From the NCBI GenBank assembly GCA_963704655.1, contig OY969927.1:1120001-1184000 (forward strand): a DNA stretch of 64,000 nt, read 5' to 3'. A model generated the notes under the pieces. It made no database searches. It was not told the origin of the DNA and saw only the letters and a program-made list of their open reading frames with translations. The DNA is from an uncultured Candidatus Babeliaceae bacterium. Lineage in GTDB: Bacteria > Babelota > Babeliae > Babelales > Babelaceae. Position numbers and translations under genes: made by a program. Position 1 is the first letter of the stretch. Every line of letters starts with the position of its first letter. Shown here piece by piece: positions 27,485 to 38,020 of this stretch.

Positions 27485-27874
27485 CTATAGTGAAAAATAG
27501 TTTTTAAGGATGTTTTTAAATTGTGCAGCACCCTTGCCGCCGGTTTCTGTACCTATAATTTTTTGATCTTTAATAAAGATCACGGTTGGGATAGATTGAA
27601 CCCCGTATGATAGTGCGATATCCCGGTACTGTTGAGTATTTACTTCGACAAAAACAATTGAATTAAAGGTACCCTCATCAGAAATTTGGGCATAAATAGG
27701 TGCAAATCCTTTACAGGGTGGGCAAAAATCGGCATAAAATTTAATTACAACATTTCTATTGGAATTAATAACCGATTTAAGCTGACTCATTGAGGTTATA
27801 TGAGTAACTGCAGCTTCTAAAAAGAAGTTCATGGATGAAATGGTTAATAAAAGCAATTTTAATATATATTTCAT
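27485..27874 (-). CDS. Exported thioredoxin
   Basis: FYADFCPPC, SIPT; signal peptide. Confidence 0.85.
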   Translation of the reverse strand: MKYILKLLLLTISSMNFFLEAAVTHITSMSQLKSVINSNRNVVIKFYADFCPPCKGFAPIYAQISDEGTFNSIVFVEVNTQQYRDIALSYGVQSIPTVIFIKDQKIIGTETGGKGAAQFKNILKNYFSL

Positions 27875-27970
27875 TTTGAATTTCTTTCTTGGTATGAGAA
27901 AATTCTTATCTATACGTTAGTTAACAAAAAGATCTTGTTTTGGTCAAGCGATTATTTTATGCTGCTCATT

Positions 27971-29005
27971 ATGGAAGATACAAAGACACAATTTCCGATT
28001 CTTGTTGTAGACATTGGCGGCACCAATGCCAACTTTGGCATTATAACTTCTGCCAATGGACGTTATCAGCTTATAGAGTATTATAAATTACCCAGCCAAA
28101 AGATTGTTAATTTTACACAAACGGTGCAAGATCTTCTTGAAGAAATCGCTGCAGAAAAGCATATCCGTTTTTCTGTTATGGTTATTAGTGTTGCAGGTGT
28201 TATCTGTGGTGAGCAGCATGCCATACATGCCACTAATCTGCCTTTTGAAATTGATAAAGCTGATTTAATGCGCGTAACGGGAGTTTCAGAAATATTCTTT
28301 ATGAATGATTTTATAGCTGTAGCTCTCGGGTGTAATTTTGTTGATAACACTCTTATTATAAATAAATCAGCCATTAAAGAGTATTCCCAGAAAGCCTTTT
28401 TAGGTGCAGGCACGGGCCTTGGCCAATCATATGCCGTGTGGTCAACCGCATTAAAAAATTATATTCCCCTTGCAAGTGAGGGCGGCCATGATAATTTTGC
28501 TCAGGAAAACCCGTTTGATAGTGCATTAAGCCAGTTTATGCATGAAAAAGAGTTACTTACCCTTCCGGTAAGTTGGGAAAATATCTTGAGTGGTAAAGGG
28601 ATAAGTTATATCTATGAATTTCTAGGAACAAAAAATAGTTACCAAGAAACTGATATTTCACGTGAAATTGCACAAGGGCGCTTTCAACCAGATGATATTT
28701 CTCGTTACAATGAACATGACGAACGGTCCAAGCAGACGTTTAGGCTTTATGCGTCTTACTACGCACGCTATGCCCAACAAGTTGCCTTACAAGCAGTTCC
28801 TTGTGGCGGACTTTATATTGCTGGTGGAATTGCAGCAAAAAATAAAAAACTTTTTTTAGATCCAGGTTTTCTGCGCGTGTTTACGAATCATGCAAAGCAC
28901 AGAAAGTTGTTAGAAAAAATTCCGATTTTTCTTATTCAAGATTATCAGGTAAGTTTGTATGGTGGCGCTCACTATTATACCCTGCATAGTCGTGGAATTT
29001 TATGA
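27971..29005 (+). CDS. glk: Glucokinase
   Basis: VDIGGTNA, MNDF, GAGTGLG, SEGGH, YIAGGIA. Confidence 0.92.
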   Translation: MEDTKTQFPILVVDIGGTNANFGIITSANGRYQLIEYYKLPSQKIVNFTQTVQDLLEEIAAEKHIRFSVMVISVAGVICGEQHAIHATNLPFEIDKADLMRVTGVSEIFFMNDFIAVALGCNFVDNTLIINKSAIKEYSQKAFLGAGTGLGQSYAVWSTALKNYIPLASEGGHDNFAQENPFDSALSQFMHEKELLTLPVSWENILSGKGISYIYEFLGTKNSYQETDISREIAQGRFQPDDISRYNEHDERSKQTFRLYASYYARYAQQVALQAVPCGGLYIAGGIAAKNKKLFLDPGFLRVFTNHAKHRKLLEKIPIFLIQDYQVSLYGGAHYYTLHSRGIL

Positions 29006-30204
29006 ACACTGAATTAAACACTCAAAAACTGTTACAAAAAATAGAAGAATTATCTATCGGGGATTATTCTTCGCCTTTGGCGTTTTCAAGAATTATCTAT
29101 GATTCTGCCCTTTTAGATTCGGTCGAAAAGCTTTATAGCGCCGTTGATGGCGCACACGTAACCGATGTTGTTCTTGTGGGAATTGGCGGATCACATTTTG
29201 GCGTTCAAGCAATTTATGATGCTTTATATGCTAACCAATACACACAGCCACGCATACGTTTTCATGCGCTTACCAGTATAGACACATTTACCATTGAATC
29301 GTTTGTTGCATGGTATACAGCTCTACTGCAAAATAGCTCTGCACGTGTTATGACACTTATTGTTTCAAAAACAGGTGCAACATTTGAAACTGCATCACAA
29401 GCGTCATTATGCTTTGATATTTTAAAAAAAATTCAGCCAAGCAACTACCGCAATAATCTGTGTGTTATTACCGATGCAGATTCACCGCTATTTCAGGCAT
29501 GTATACAAGAGAATATAAAAACCGTTACGATTCCCAAAAATATCGGTGGGCGATACTCTGTCTTTTCTGCTGCCGGGCTCGCAGTTTTACGTTTTCTTGA
29601 TATCGATTTGAGCGATTTATTAGCCGGTGCTCAATCTGTTGATATAACTCAACCATTAGTAACAGCAGAGTCGTTATATTTAGCCTTTAATAATGGTTTC
29701 TTAGTGCATGATACGTTTATCTTTATGCCGCATTACGCTGCTTTAGGTGGCTGGACGCGTCAATTGATTGGCGAGAGTCTTGGTAAAGATAGAAAAGGCT
29801 TTTTACCTACTGTGTCACTTGGTTCGCAGGATTTACATTCTGTGGTGCAGCAGTATTTTGGCGGCAAGCAGATGACAGTTACCTCGTTTTTAATTCCTGC
29901 TGAATATGTCGACAGGACCGCTGTTCCAGAAACATTTTTTTCTGAAGTGGGTAAACTGCGTACTGGGCTCTTATTTGCTGATATTCAGCGTTCTATTATT
30001 CAGGGCGTGCAACGGTCGTATCAACAAAATGATAAGCCATTTTTTACTTTTAGCTTTCGTAAAGGTTCAGCATTTGATATTGGCCGTTATATGCAGTATA
30101 AAATGCTTGAAACGGTTTATCTTGGCACTCTCATGGATATTAACCCGTTTGATCAGCCGCAAGTTGAGTTATATAAAATTGAAACACGCAAACTGCTTGC
30201 ATAA
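29002..30204 (+). CDS. pgi: Glucose-6-phosphate isomerase
   Basis: GIGGS, SKTG, IGGRYSV, QLIGESLGK, DLHS, PFDQPQVE. Confidence 0.92.
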   Translation: MNTELNTQKLLQKIEELSIGDYSSPLAFSRIIYDSALLDSVEKLYSAVDGAHVTDVVLVGIGGSHFGVQAIYDALYANQYTQPRIRFHALTSIDTFTIESFVAWYTALLQNSSARVMTLIVSKTGATFETASQASLCFDILKKIQPSNYRNNLCVITDADSPLFQACIQENIKTVTIPKNIGGRYSVFSAAGLAVLRFLDIDLSDLLAGAQSVDITQPLVTAESLYLAFNNGFLVHDTFIFMPHYAALGGWTRQLIGESLGKDRKGFLPTVSLGSQDLHSVVQQYFGGKQMTVTSFLIPAEYVDRTAVPETFFSEVGKLRTGLLFADIQRSIIQGVQRSYQQNDKPFFTFSFRKGSAFDIGRYMQYKMLETVYLGTLMDINPFDQPQVELYKIETRKLLA

Positions 30205-30227
30205 ATTAACTATATAAAAGGGATACC

Positions 30228-30617
30228 GTGCTACTTACTTCTGCTGCCGTGGCTATTTTATATGGCGCTGCATATATTGTCGAAGTTAAAAGATTAGATC
30301 AAAAAATTACGTTGTTTAGTCATAATTATGAGTCGATTTTCCCCTCACGAAAGATAGGTATAGATCAAGCTGAATTAGATTGTGAAGATAATGTTACTGC
30401 TGTATCTAATCAAGATGCTTTTCTTGAAGAGCCCGGTACTTCTTATGAAAAGCTGAGGCGCATAATTCCATTGTATGAAAGCTGCCAAAAGATACTAGAT
30501 GAATTTAGCTTAGTAAAAAAATATGCTTTGGTGATTCCTCAGGATTTAAGGCTTAAAGAAAACTATCTTAAAAATATACTCACCATACTTAGTGCTCAAC
30601 GTCAACAGATATCATAA
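30228..30617 (+). CDS. Hypothetical membrane-anchored protein
   Basis: N-terminal hydrophobic helix. Confidence 0.55.
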   Translation: MLLTSAAVAILYGAAYIVEVKRLDQKITLFSHNYESIFPSRKIGIDQAELDCEDNVTAVSNQDAFLEEPGTSYEKLRRIIPLYESCQKILDEFSLVKKYALVIPQDLRLKENYLKNILTILSAQRQQIS

Positions 30618-30636
30618 AGTAAAATGTAACAACAAT

Positions 30637-30665
30637 AAAAAGGCCCCAGAATAATGGGGCCCTTT
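30637..30665. terminator. Bidirectional terminator
   Basis: aaaaggcccca..tggggccttt. Confidence 0.7.
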
Positions 30666-30678
30666 AGTTTTAAGCTTT

Positions 30679-31302
30679 TTACTTTTTGTCTAAGTAATCG
30701 ACAATAATCTGACTCCATGTCTCCATGCTTGAGTATAAAATTTTACACTCATCAAGCGTCAACAGTGTTCCACTTTTCAACTCTTCTTGCACCTTGATAT
30801 CTGCGCTATCGCCATGTAATAAAAACACAAAACCGATATGAACTCTGCCCACGTCATTGGTGTCATCATTCAAAAGCCCGAGTGGCTCGATAGTATATGA
30901 ACCATTAAAGATAACCTCTTCTTCAAATTCACGGCGCGCCCAGGTTGCTATATCTGCACCTTGAATGTCTTCTTGTCTGATATGTCCGCCGATACCTAAA
31001 CTATATTTACTTTGTAAACGTGTTTCGCTCGCTTTCGGTTGGCGCTGCATGAGAAAATATTTATCCTCGAATGTGTAAATAAGATACGGAATAATCTGTT
31101 TATAGCTTGGGTCGGTCTCCATGTGTGAGCGAGGCAAGAACTCTTTATTGTTTTCAATAAGCGTTGCATAATCATCATTATCTGCTGCGATCAAGCCGTG
31201 CCATGAATCTATGCCAGCAAATGCTGCACGTGGGACAACTAAAATAAGTTCGTCGTGTGTTGAATTGTATACAGGTGGGGTCGGTTGTGTTTGAGTGTTC
31301 AT
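30679..31302 (-). CDS. NUDIX-family phosphoesterase (YmaB-like)
   Basis: ETDPSYKQIIPY, SLGIGGHI, REFEEE, NDDTNDVGRVHIG. Confidence 0.85.
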   Translation of the reverse strand: MNTQTQPTPPVYNSTHDELILVVPRAAFAGIDSWHGLIAADNDDYATLIENNKEFLPRSHMETDPSYKQIIPYLIYTFEDKYFLMQRQPKASETRLQSKYSLGIGGHIRQEDIQGADIATWARREFEEEVIFNGSYTIEPLGLLNDDTNDVGRVHIGFVFLLHGDSADIKVQEELKSGTLLTLDECKILYSSMETWSQIIVDYLDKK

Positions 31303-31412
31303 AGTTTTTTTGGGGTTAAGGTTAAAAATCTTATACTAAGTATAGGCAAACTGCGCCTTAGGGCAAGTAGTACTCATTTTCACGTCAGCTAGATTCAGCC
31401 TGTTGCTCATAA

Positions 31413-31455
31413 CCGTGCACCCTGAGTGCCGCTCTGCGAGCGGTGTATCGAAGGG
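31413..31455. repeat. Palindromic repeat copy
   Basis: ccgtgcaccctgagtg-ccgctc..gagcgg-tgtatcgaaggg. Confidence 0.8.
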
Positions 31456-31492
31456 TCAAGATGTATGAGTTTGCATCGGTTTTCTTATACAT

Positions 31493-31834
31493 TTATTTTT
31501 TGAGAGTTTCAAGCTTTGCAAACAGCGTAGGCAGATTATGTTCTAAGGCAAGTGCCCCAGCTCCTCCAATTATTGCCCCAACTGCCATAAGCCCAAATAT
31601 CTGCTTAAGTGATGTATACTCAGATTTGCAACATTTGGGATTTATTTCTATGCATATATCATGAATATTGCCTGTATTAGCTAGATCATTATTTATTGAA
31701 TTGATATTCATGCTTTCTGGATCGCTTAGGTTATGTATTTTTGTCATCTTCTTTATGACTTCATTAACATCTTGCATTGCTTGAAGATAAACGGCGCTTG
31801 ATGGTAATACGAATATTAAAAAAAACTTTTTCAT
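31493..31834 (-). CDS. Hypothetical secreted protein with C-terminal TM helix
   Basis: Signal YLQA|MQD. Confidence 0.65.
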   Translation of the reverse strand: MKKFFLIFVLPSSAVYLQAMQDVNEVIKKMTKIHNLSDPESMNINSINNDLANTGNIHDICIEINPKCCKSEYTSLKQIFGLMAVGAIIGGAGALALEHNLPTLFAKLETLKK

Positions 31835-31915
31835 AAAGCCCCTAGATTTTTTTGTTAAAAGCTGAGACAATTTATAAAATTGTCCTTGTCTTTAATAAAA
31901 TGGCATAAAAAAGCT

Positions 31916-32284
31916 ATGAAATTCAACTCTTTTTTTTTAATCCTAATACCGTTTTTTAGTTTTTCTCTTTTTTCTATGGATGCTCAAGCCGTAGTTGCCC
32001 GTAAAGCAATAAGTTTACCAAATTCACCGTATTTTAAGCCGCAAAAGTCGTCGACAGAGCCTCGAAACTTTTCGTTAGATGAAGATGTTTTTTCGCAACT
32101 AGCCTGGTGTAATGTATGTGAAAAGAATTATCCAACTTTTTTTTTGCTTGAACATATCAAGGCTTGTAGGGCCGCTGCATTAAAAGAAGCTCAGAGGTTG
32201 GGCAATATCCATGCTAGAAAAAACCTATTAACACCAAAATCAGAACAAATCTCATTAGTACAAATCACAATGGATCTTGATTAA
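31916..32284 (+). CDS. Secreted protein with C2HC zinc finger
   Basis: Signal SLFS|MDA; CNVC-x11-H-x3-C. Confidence 0.7.
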   Translation: MKFNSFFLILIPFFSFSLFSMDAQAVVARKAISLPNSPYFKPQKSSTEPRNFSLDEDVFSQLAWCNVCEKNYPTFFLLEHIKACRAAALKEAQRLGNIHARKNLLTPKSEQISLVQITMDLD

Positions 32285-32399
32285 TTACTTGTAGAATGTC
32301 TTTTTAAAAACCATGTTTTTTTAAATCATGGTTTTTTTTGGTCTTTTAATTATAGTATTTAAAGGAAAATGGGATTCTTAAAGGAAAATGGGTGTAGGT

Positions 32400-32840
32400 A
32401 TGAAGAAGATAGTATGTATTATGGTCTTTATGACATGCGTCTTATACGCAATGGACGATCAAAAAATGGAAAATATACCGCCTAAGATTATTGGCGCCCT
32501 TAAAGAATTGCAACATAAAGAATCTTATTTAAACAATCGCATCGTGGCTGAAAAGAAAAAAAATCAAAATTCAGTACCAGATTTTTTTGGTGTTATGGGA
32601 AAGTGTTCGCTTCCAGAAAGTTTGGAGTGCTGCAAGGACCCGCTTTTAAGATCGCAATTTCTTAAAGCCATAAAAGATCAGCACGTACGAAACGTTATCA
32701 TTGTAAATTGGTTGGGGCATCAATCTCATCAAGGATCTATCAGCTCGCTCAGCGCTGGAATACTTATGTCAGATAATAGGCTGAGCAATTTAGTTTTAGG
32801 AGGGATAGATTTTACAGATCATATTCCTCAAATAAAATAA
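32400..32840 (+). CDS. Hypothetical secreted protein
   Basis: Signal VLYA|MDD. Confidence 0.7.
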   Translation: MKKIVCIMVFMTCVLYAMDDQKMENIPPKIIGALKELQHKESYLNNRIVAEKKKNQNSVPDFFGVMGKCSLPESLECCKDPLLRSQFLKAIKDQHVRNVIIVNWLGHQSHQGSISSLSAGILMSDNRLSNLVLGGIDFTDHIPQIK

Positions 32841-32893
32841 TAAAATGTAAAAAATATTGATTTTTATAGATAAAATGGCACAATTTACATAAA

Positions 32894-33205
32894 TTGTTAT
32901 TGTTTTTAATTACTCATCTTTTCTCTATGGACTCGATGGACATCGATCAAAAGTACAAAATGCCAGAAAAGCCCATTATAAAGGCTCGTAGCAGCGGACG
33001 TCTATTATTTGAATTAGAATTACGTGAAGGTTTTAAATCGCCAAAAGAGCTTGATGAGTTGGAACATGGTAAAAAAAGAAAGCTTTTAGAGGATCGTATC
33101 AACGAAATTTCTCAGGACCCAAGAAAGCGCAGCAAGATAAAGGATCTGCTAGATCTTTTAGAAAAAGAATCAGCGTTATTACAAGATGATCGATTAGAGA
33201 TCTAA
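32894..33205 (+). CDS. Hypothetical protein with basic clusters (start uncertain)
   Basis: HLFS|MDS; KKRK, RKRSK. Confidence 0.55.
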   Translation: MLLFLITHLFSMDSMDIDQKYKMPEKPIIKARSSGRLLFELELREGFKSPKELDELEHGKKRKLLEDRINEISQDPRKRSKIKDLLDLLEKESALLQDDRLEI

Positions 33206-33218
33206 ATCATTATTGAGG

Positions 33219-34091
33219 TTATCGCCAATTGATTTCGCACAGGTCGTCATTAAAGACATCTGCGCGGGCGCTTTGGATATACGGCTCGAAAATGGCAATG
33301 CGTTCTTTGCATGCTGGATGCGTAAAGTCAAATGATTGACATGTAAGTTGGTTATTATCTTCTGTATGCTTACTTTTACATGTTTTTTCATCATAATATT
33401 TATTATAAGTTAGAAGAGCTGCCAATTTTTGCTTGCTGGTGAGTGTATTGGAAGTAACCACTGCATTAAAACCCTGATTGTCACAATCTTTTTCGAAGTT
33501 TCTGTGTATATCAATTAATTTGGTATAAATCTCAAAGCGGCTTGATTTATCAGGATTCTCATTATAATTTTTGATTTTTTGATTAACATCATGTATTGGT
33601 TTCATGAAATCTGGGTCTTTAGATAAATAGGTGGGGGTATCTAAAGTAAGATATTGGTATGTATCATGGTCTTCTCTCACCTGAGCTCGTACTTGATTAG
33701 CATTCCCTAAATTTGCTAATCCTTGAGCAATATGTGCGCCTTCATGACCTAATGCTGAGGCGTTTTTATTAAGTTCTTTTCTAACTTCATAACGATTTTT
33801 CTCTTCTGGGGTGGTTGTTCTTCCCATGGCAAATATATATTGGTCTTGCCCTGTCTGAACACTAATAGGCTCAATGAGTGTTAGTATCATAAAATCTTCG
33901 TCTTTTACAAGACGGTCCTTGTATTCTTTGCTCAATAATGCTGTAAAAGTGCTTTCTGCAAGTTCTTCTTTAAATACTTGTACATATTCTTCTTCTGATT
34001 TAAATGGCTTAAGTTCGTGGTACCAATAGTGTCCAGCATTAAGGGTTAATAAACCAGCAAATAAAGTTGTTAAAGTAGGTAAAATAGGCAT
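33219..34091 (-). CDS. M48-like zinc metallopeptidase
   Basis: LGHEGAH, EKDCD, THPACKERI. Confidence 0.7.
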   Translation of the reverse strand: MPILPTLTTLFAGLLTLNAGHYWYHELKPFKSEEEYVQVFKEELAESTFTALLSKEYKDRLVKDEDFMILTLIEPISVQTGQDQYIFAMGRTTTPEEKNRYEVRKELNKNASALGHEGAHIAQGLANLGNANQVRAQVREDHDTYQYLTLDTPTYLSKDPDFMKPIHDVNQKIKNYNENPDKSSRFEIYTKLIDIHRNFEKDCDNQGFNAVVTSNTLTSKQKLAALLTYNKYYDEKTCKSKHTEDNNQLTCQSFDFTHPACKERIAIFEPYIQSARADVFNDDLCEINWR

Positions 34092-34256
34092 AATTTTCTC
34101 CAGTTTTTAGCGATATTTATCTATTATTACTACTAATAATAGCATTTTTAATAAAAATGTCAATTAGAATTATTTTTATCAAAGAATGTAGAGATAAAAA
34201 TGCGACCATAGACAATATATATACGTAATATGTAAGATGAAATTTGAGGTGGAATT

Positions 34257-34440
34257 ATGAAAAAAAATCAATGTTACGTTTCCCTTATCTGAAGAAACGA
34301 ATAAAAACCTTCATTTTAAAAAGGCTTATATTGAGGCTGAAAACGATCCTGATAGAATGCAAATTTTAGCAGACTGGAAAGATCTAGATATTGAGGGCTG
34401 GGAATGAAAATATCAAATTAAGGCCCAGGAGTAATTAATT
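34257..34440 (+). pseudogene. Decayed antitoxin plus MazF/PemK toxin remnant
   Basis: Removing one A gives MKKINVTFPLSEETNKNLHFKKAYIEAENDPDRMQILADWKDLDIEGWE*; overlapping ATGA follows, then aggcccaggagtaatt (about RPGVI). Confidence 0.55.
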
Positions 34441-34863
34441 TGCATTCTGAAATTATTATGGTAAACTATACAGTGGTAAGCTGTAATAATGCAGTTTATG
34501 TTATTTATTTTTTTTAAGGTCTCTCATGACATATTCTACTCATACCATGTCGCACGACATGTGTCAGAATCGGTTTCGTTTGGCTGCTACAGGCAACGAA
34601 AGCCATCACAATATCTATGTTTATTTTATTCTCTCTCTTTCTCATTCATCTATTACTACTGTTTCTTTTTTAAGAAACTTTCTTCTTTTAGGCGCGTAGC
34701 GCTTATTCACTCATTTTTTTAATTTTTTTATGTATATTTTAGGAGCTTTTGCATGCCTTTTAGGTATTGTTGCTTGCGGTATGCAGGGGGTCTATATATG
34801 GTATAATTGACAAAAATACAGTATATTAACGGTATATTTCCTTAAAAATAAAGAAGATTATTT

Positions 34864-37395
34864 ATGAATTATGATACGCGTGCCATAGAAAAAAAGTGGC
34901 AAACTAAGTGGCAAGAAAACCCGCCAGCAGCAGCAAAACCTACCGGTTCGGGCAAAAAATATTACTGTCTTGATATGTTCCCCTATCCTTCAGGTGCGGG
35001 GCTGCATGTGGGCCATTGGCGCGGGTATGTGCTTTCTGATGTCTATACTCGTATCAAATGGTTACAGGGCTATAATATTTTACACCCAATGGGGTGGGAT
35101 GCTTTTGGTCTGCCAGCAGAAAACGACGCCATTAAAAATGGTATCCATCCAGCAATAAATACTGCTTCAAATGTTGCAACCTTTAAACGTCAATTACAAG
35201 ATGTTGCCGCGTTATATGATTGGACAAAAGAGCTTAATACTACTGATCCAAACTATTACCATTGGACGCAATGGATATTCTTGCAAATGTATAAAGCAGG
35301 GCTTGCCTATGAAGCTAATATGCCTATTAACTGGTGCCCAAAAGATTTAACCGGCTTAGCAAACGAAGAAGTTGTAAACGGCTGCTGTGAACGTTGCGGC
35401 ACACGCGTTGAAGTCAAACAAATTCGCCAATGGGTATTGCGTATCACCAACTATGCAGAAAAATTACTTGATGGTCTTGATAAGCTTGAATGGCCAGACA
35501 AAGTTAAAGCAATGCAGCGCAACTGGATCGGTAAATCGCAGGGCTTATTATTTACGGCAAAGGTTAAAGATACCAACCTTGAGATTCAGACTTATTCAAC
35601 GCATTTTGAAGCATTTTATGCAGATACGTTTGTGGTTATTGCCGCAGATCACCCATTACTGTCTACACTTATTGATGGCGTAAAAAATAAACAAGAGATT
35701 TTAGATTTTTGTGAGCGCATGGTTATTGAACGTAACCGTAACAAAGAAGAGTTTGTAAAAGAACCGCTTGGGATCTTTACTGGCCGATATCTTCAAGACC
35801 CGGTAACGGGTAAAGATTTGCCTATTTGGGTTGCGCAGTTTGTGCTTGCAGATTATGGCACTGGTATGGTTAAATGCTCTGCCCATGATGAACGTGATTT
35901 TGCCTTTGCAAAAAAATATTCTATCCCCTTAAAAGTTGCTATGGTTCCGCAAGATCCAGAATTGCGAAAACAAGTAGAAAACTTTGAGGTTTGCTTTACT
36001 GATACACAGAATGGCATTCTTCTAGAGCCTGCGCCATTTGCTGGCCGCAAAGCGGGCGATGTGCGTCAAGAGATTATGGACTATGCCGTGCAAAAAGGTT
36101 TTGCCGTTACCAAAACACAGTATAAATTGCGTGATTGGCTCTTTTCTCGTCAACGGTATTGGGGCGAACCGATTCCGCTTATCCATTGCGAAACATGTGG
36201 CATTGTACCTGTTCCAGAAGATCAGTTGCCTGTCAGACTTCCTGATGTTAAAAATTATCAACCAACTGGCACGGGTGAATCGCCATTAGCCGCTATTTCT
36301 GAGTGGGTAAATGTTGCATGTCCACAGTGTGGCGCACCTGCAAAACGTGAAACAAACACGATGCCGCAGTGGGCAGGTTCATGCTGGTATTTCTTACGTT
36401 ATCCAGATCCAAACTATGACAAAGGGCCATTCAGAAAAGAAGATATTAATTACTGGTTGCCGGTAGATTTGTATGTTGGTGGCATTGAACATGCCATTTT
36501 ACATTTGCTGTATTCACGTTTTTATGTAAAAGTTCTTTACGATTTGGGCTATTTGCCATTTGATGAACCATTTACCCATTTATTTAACCAGGGCATGGTA
36601 AACAAATATTCAGAAAAATCTGGTCTTGTTGAAAAGATGTCTAAATCTAAAGGTAACGTGGTTAACCCAGATGATATGGTGCAACAGTTTGGCAGTGATG
36701 TCTTGCGCATGTATATTCTCTTTATGGGACCACCTGAACTTGATTGTGAATGGCAAGATAATGGTTTACAGGGCATTAAGCGTTTTGCAAACCGCTTGTG
36801 GAACTATATGACACAATGTGATGTTATTATAAAAGATGCCCCGGTTCGTCCCGAGTGTTCTCAGCAAGAAAAAGTATCGATGGATAGGCAGCCCGCTTAT
36901 CCTGAGCCTATGCAAGGGTTAGCGGATAGTCGTGAGACTCTCGAGCGTCTTAATAGATTTATTAAAGACTTTCAGGAACGCTTAGATGTGTATAAACCAA
37001 ACACCGCTCTTGCTGCTTTTATGGAATTTATTAACGACGCGCAAGACAACAATATGAAATTTAGTACCGCTTCTGCTGAAAAAATAATAACGCTCTTTTC
37101 ATGCATGGCGCCGCACATGGCAAGTGAACTTCTTGAAGTCCTTTTGCATAAAAAACTTGAAGATTGTTCATGGCCAACATTTGACCCAGAATATATTGTT
37201 ACGTTAAATGATACTATCGCTGTTCAAGTGAACGGTAAATTGCGTGGCACTATTGTTGTTTCTACGCATGCGCCACAAGAAGAAATTGAAACGCTTGCAC
37301 GCGAGGCAGTTGCAAAATGGCTTGCTGATTTAACGATAGTAAAAACAATTTATGTGCCGCATAAAACAGTGAATTTTGTTGTTAAACCATCTTAA
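34864..37395 (+). CDS. leuS: Leucine--tRNA ligase
   Basis: [34 protein letters not shown]. Confidence 0.97.
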   Translation: MNYDTRAIEKKWQTKWQENPPAAAKPTGSGKKYYCLDMFPYPSGAGLHVGHWRGYVLSDVYTRIKWLQGYNILHPMGWDAFGLPAENDAIKNGIHPAINTASNVATFKRQLQDVAALYDWTKELNTTDPNYYHWTQWIFLQMYKAGLAYEANMPINWCPKDLTGLANEEVVNGCCERCGTRVEVKQIRQWVLRITNYAEKLLDGLDKLEWPDKVKAMQRNWIGKSQGLLFTAKVKDTNLEIQTYSTHFEAFYADTFVVIAADHPLLSTLIDGVKNKQEILDFCERMVIERNRNKEEFVKEPLGIFTGRYLQDPVTGKDLPIWVAQFVLADYGTGMVKCSAHDERDFAFAKKYSIPLKVAMVPQDPELRKQVENFEVCFTDTQNGILLEPAPFAGRKAGDVRQEIMDYAVQKGFAVTKTQYKLRDWLFSRQRYWGEPIPLIHCETCGIVPVPEDQLPVRLPDVKNYQPTGTGESPLAAISEWVNVACPQCGAPAKRETNTMPQWAGSCWYFLRYPDPNYDKGPFRKEDINYWLPVDLYVGGIEHAILHLLYSRFYVKVLYDLGYLPFDEPFTHLFNQGMVNKYSEKSGLVEKMSKSKGNVVNPDDMVQQFGSDVLRMYILFMGPPELDCEWQDNGLQGIKRFANRLWNYMTQCDVIIKDAPVRPECSQQEKVSMDRQPAYPEPMQGLADSRETLERLNRFIKDFQERLDVYKPNTALAAFMEFINDAQDNNMKFSTASAEKIITLFSCMAPHMASELLEVLLHKKLEDCSWPTFDPEYIVTLNDTIAVQVNGKLRGTIVVSTHAPQEEIETLAREAVAKWLADLTIVKTIYVPHKTVNFVVKPS
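36841..36926. repeat. Palindromic repeat inserted in frame in leuS
   Basis: ccggttcgtcccgagtgttct..gtatcgatgg and cccgcttatcctgagc..aagggttagcg match the intergenic repeats. Confidence 0.75.
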
Positions 37396-37409
37396 GCATA
37401 GGAGATACT

Positions 37410-37814
37410 ATGAAAAAATTGGCATTGTTATTTTTAGGTATATATGCAACATGCATCTACGCCGGAGAAGTTCCCAAATATGATTGCACATTAACTCCAG
37501 AAAAAAAGTTTGAGGTAGGTAGTTGGTTAATGCTTGGGGCATCATATTTCGATCAAGAGACGGTTCATCAACTTGCATTATTAAGAGAGCGATATTTAAA
37601 TGAATCTGCTGATGCTGGAAATCCCCATGCTATTCTATGGCGTGTCACAGATGTCGCTACAAAAGTAACTGCATGTGGTGAAAAAATTGATACTCAAACG
37701 CTAGAATCTCTTGAGAGTCAAGTAAGTGCTCATGTAAAGGATAAATCCGATTTAGAACTCGCGAATTTATATTTGAATCAAATTCGTGCTGGCAAGCAGT
37801 TATCCGGACAATAA
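37410..37814 (+). CDS. Secreted protein with Sel1-like motif
   Basis: Signal CIYA; YLNESADAGNPHA. Confidence 0.7.
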   Translation: MKKLALLFLGIYATCIYAGEVPKYDCTLTPEKKFEVGSWLMLGASYFDQETVHQLALLRERYLNESADAGNPHAILWRVTDVATKVTACGEKIDTQTLESLESQVSAHVKDKSDLELANLYLNQIRAGKQLSGQ

Positions 37815-37892
37815 TAGTTATTACATACATAGTACGGTTTTCTGTCTCAAATGCTATTTATAAATAATTTGTTGTCTATTATTCTTTTAAAG

Positions 37893-37919
37893 AAGGGGCT
37901 CAAAAAAGAGCCCTTTTTT
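37893..37919 (+). terminator. Intrinsic terminator
   Basis: gggctc-aaaaaa-gagccc followed by T6. Confidence 0.65.
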
Positions 37920-38020
37920 GTAACATTCTTGTTTTTAGTGAGTTTAATTTGCTATAAGGTTAAGTACGTGCGGTAGTTTGTATAAACTACAGGTTAATCT
38001 TTATACTAGGGGAGTGTAGT

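Noticed and set aside
34440-34860. T-box riboswitch upstream of leuS
   Set aside because: No T-box consensus (GGTGGNACCGCG) was found.
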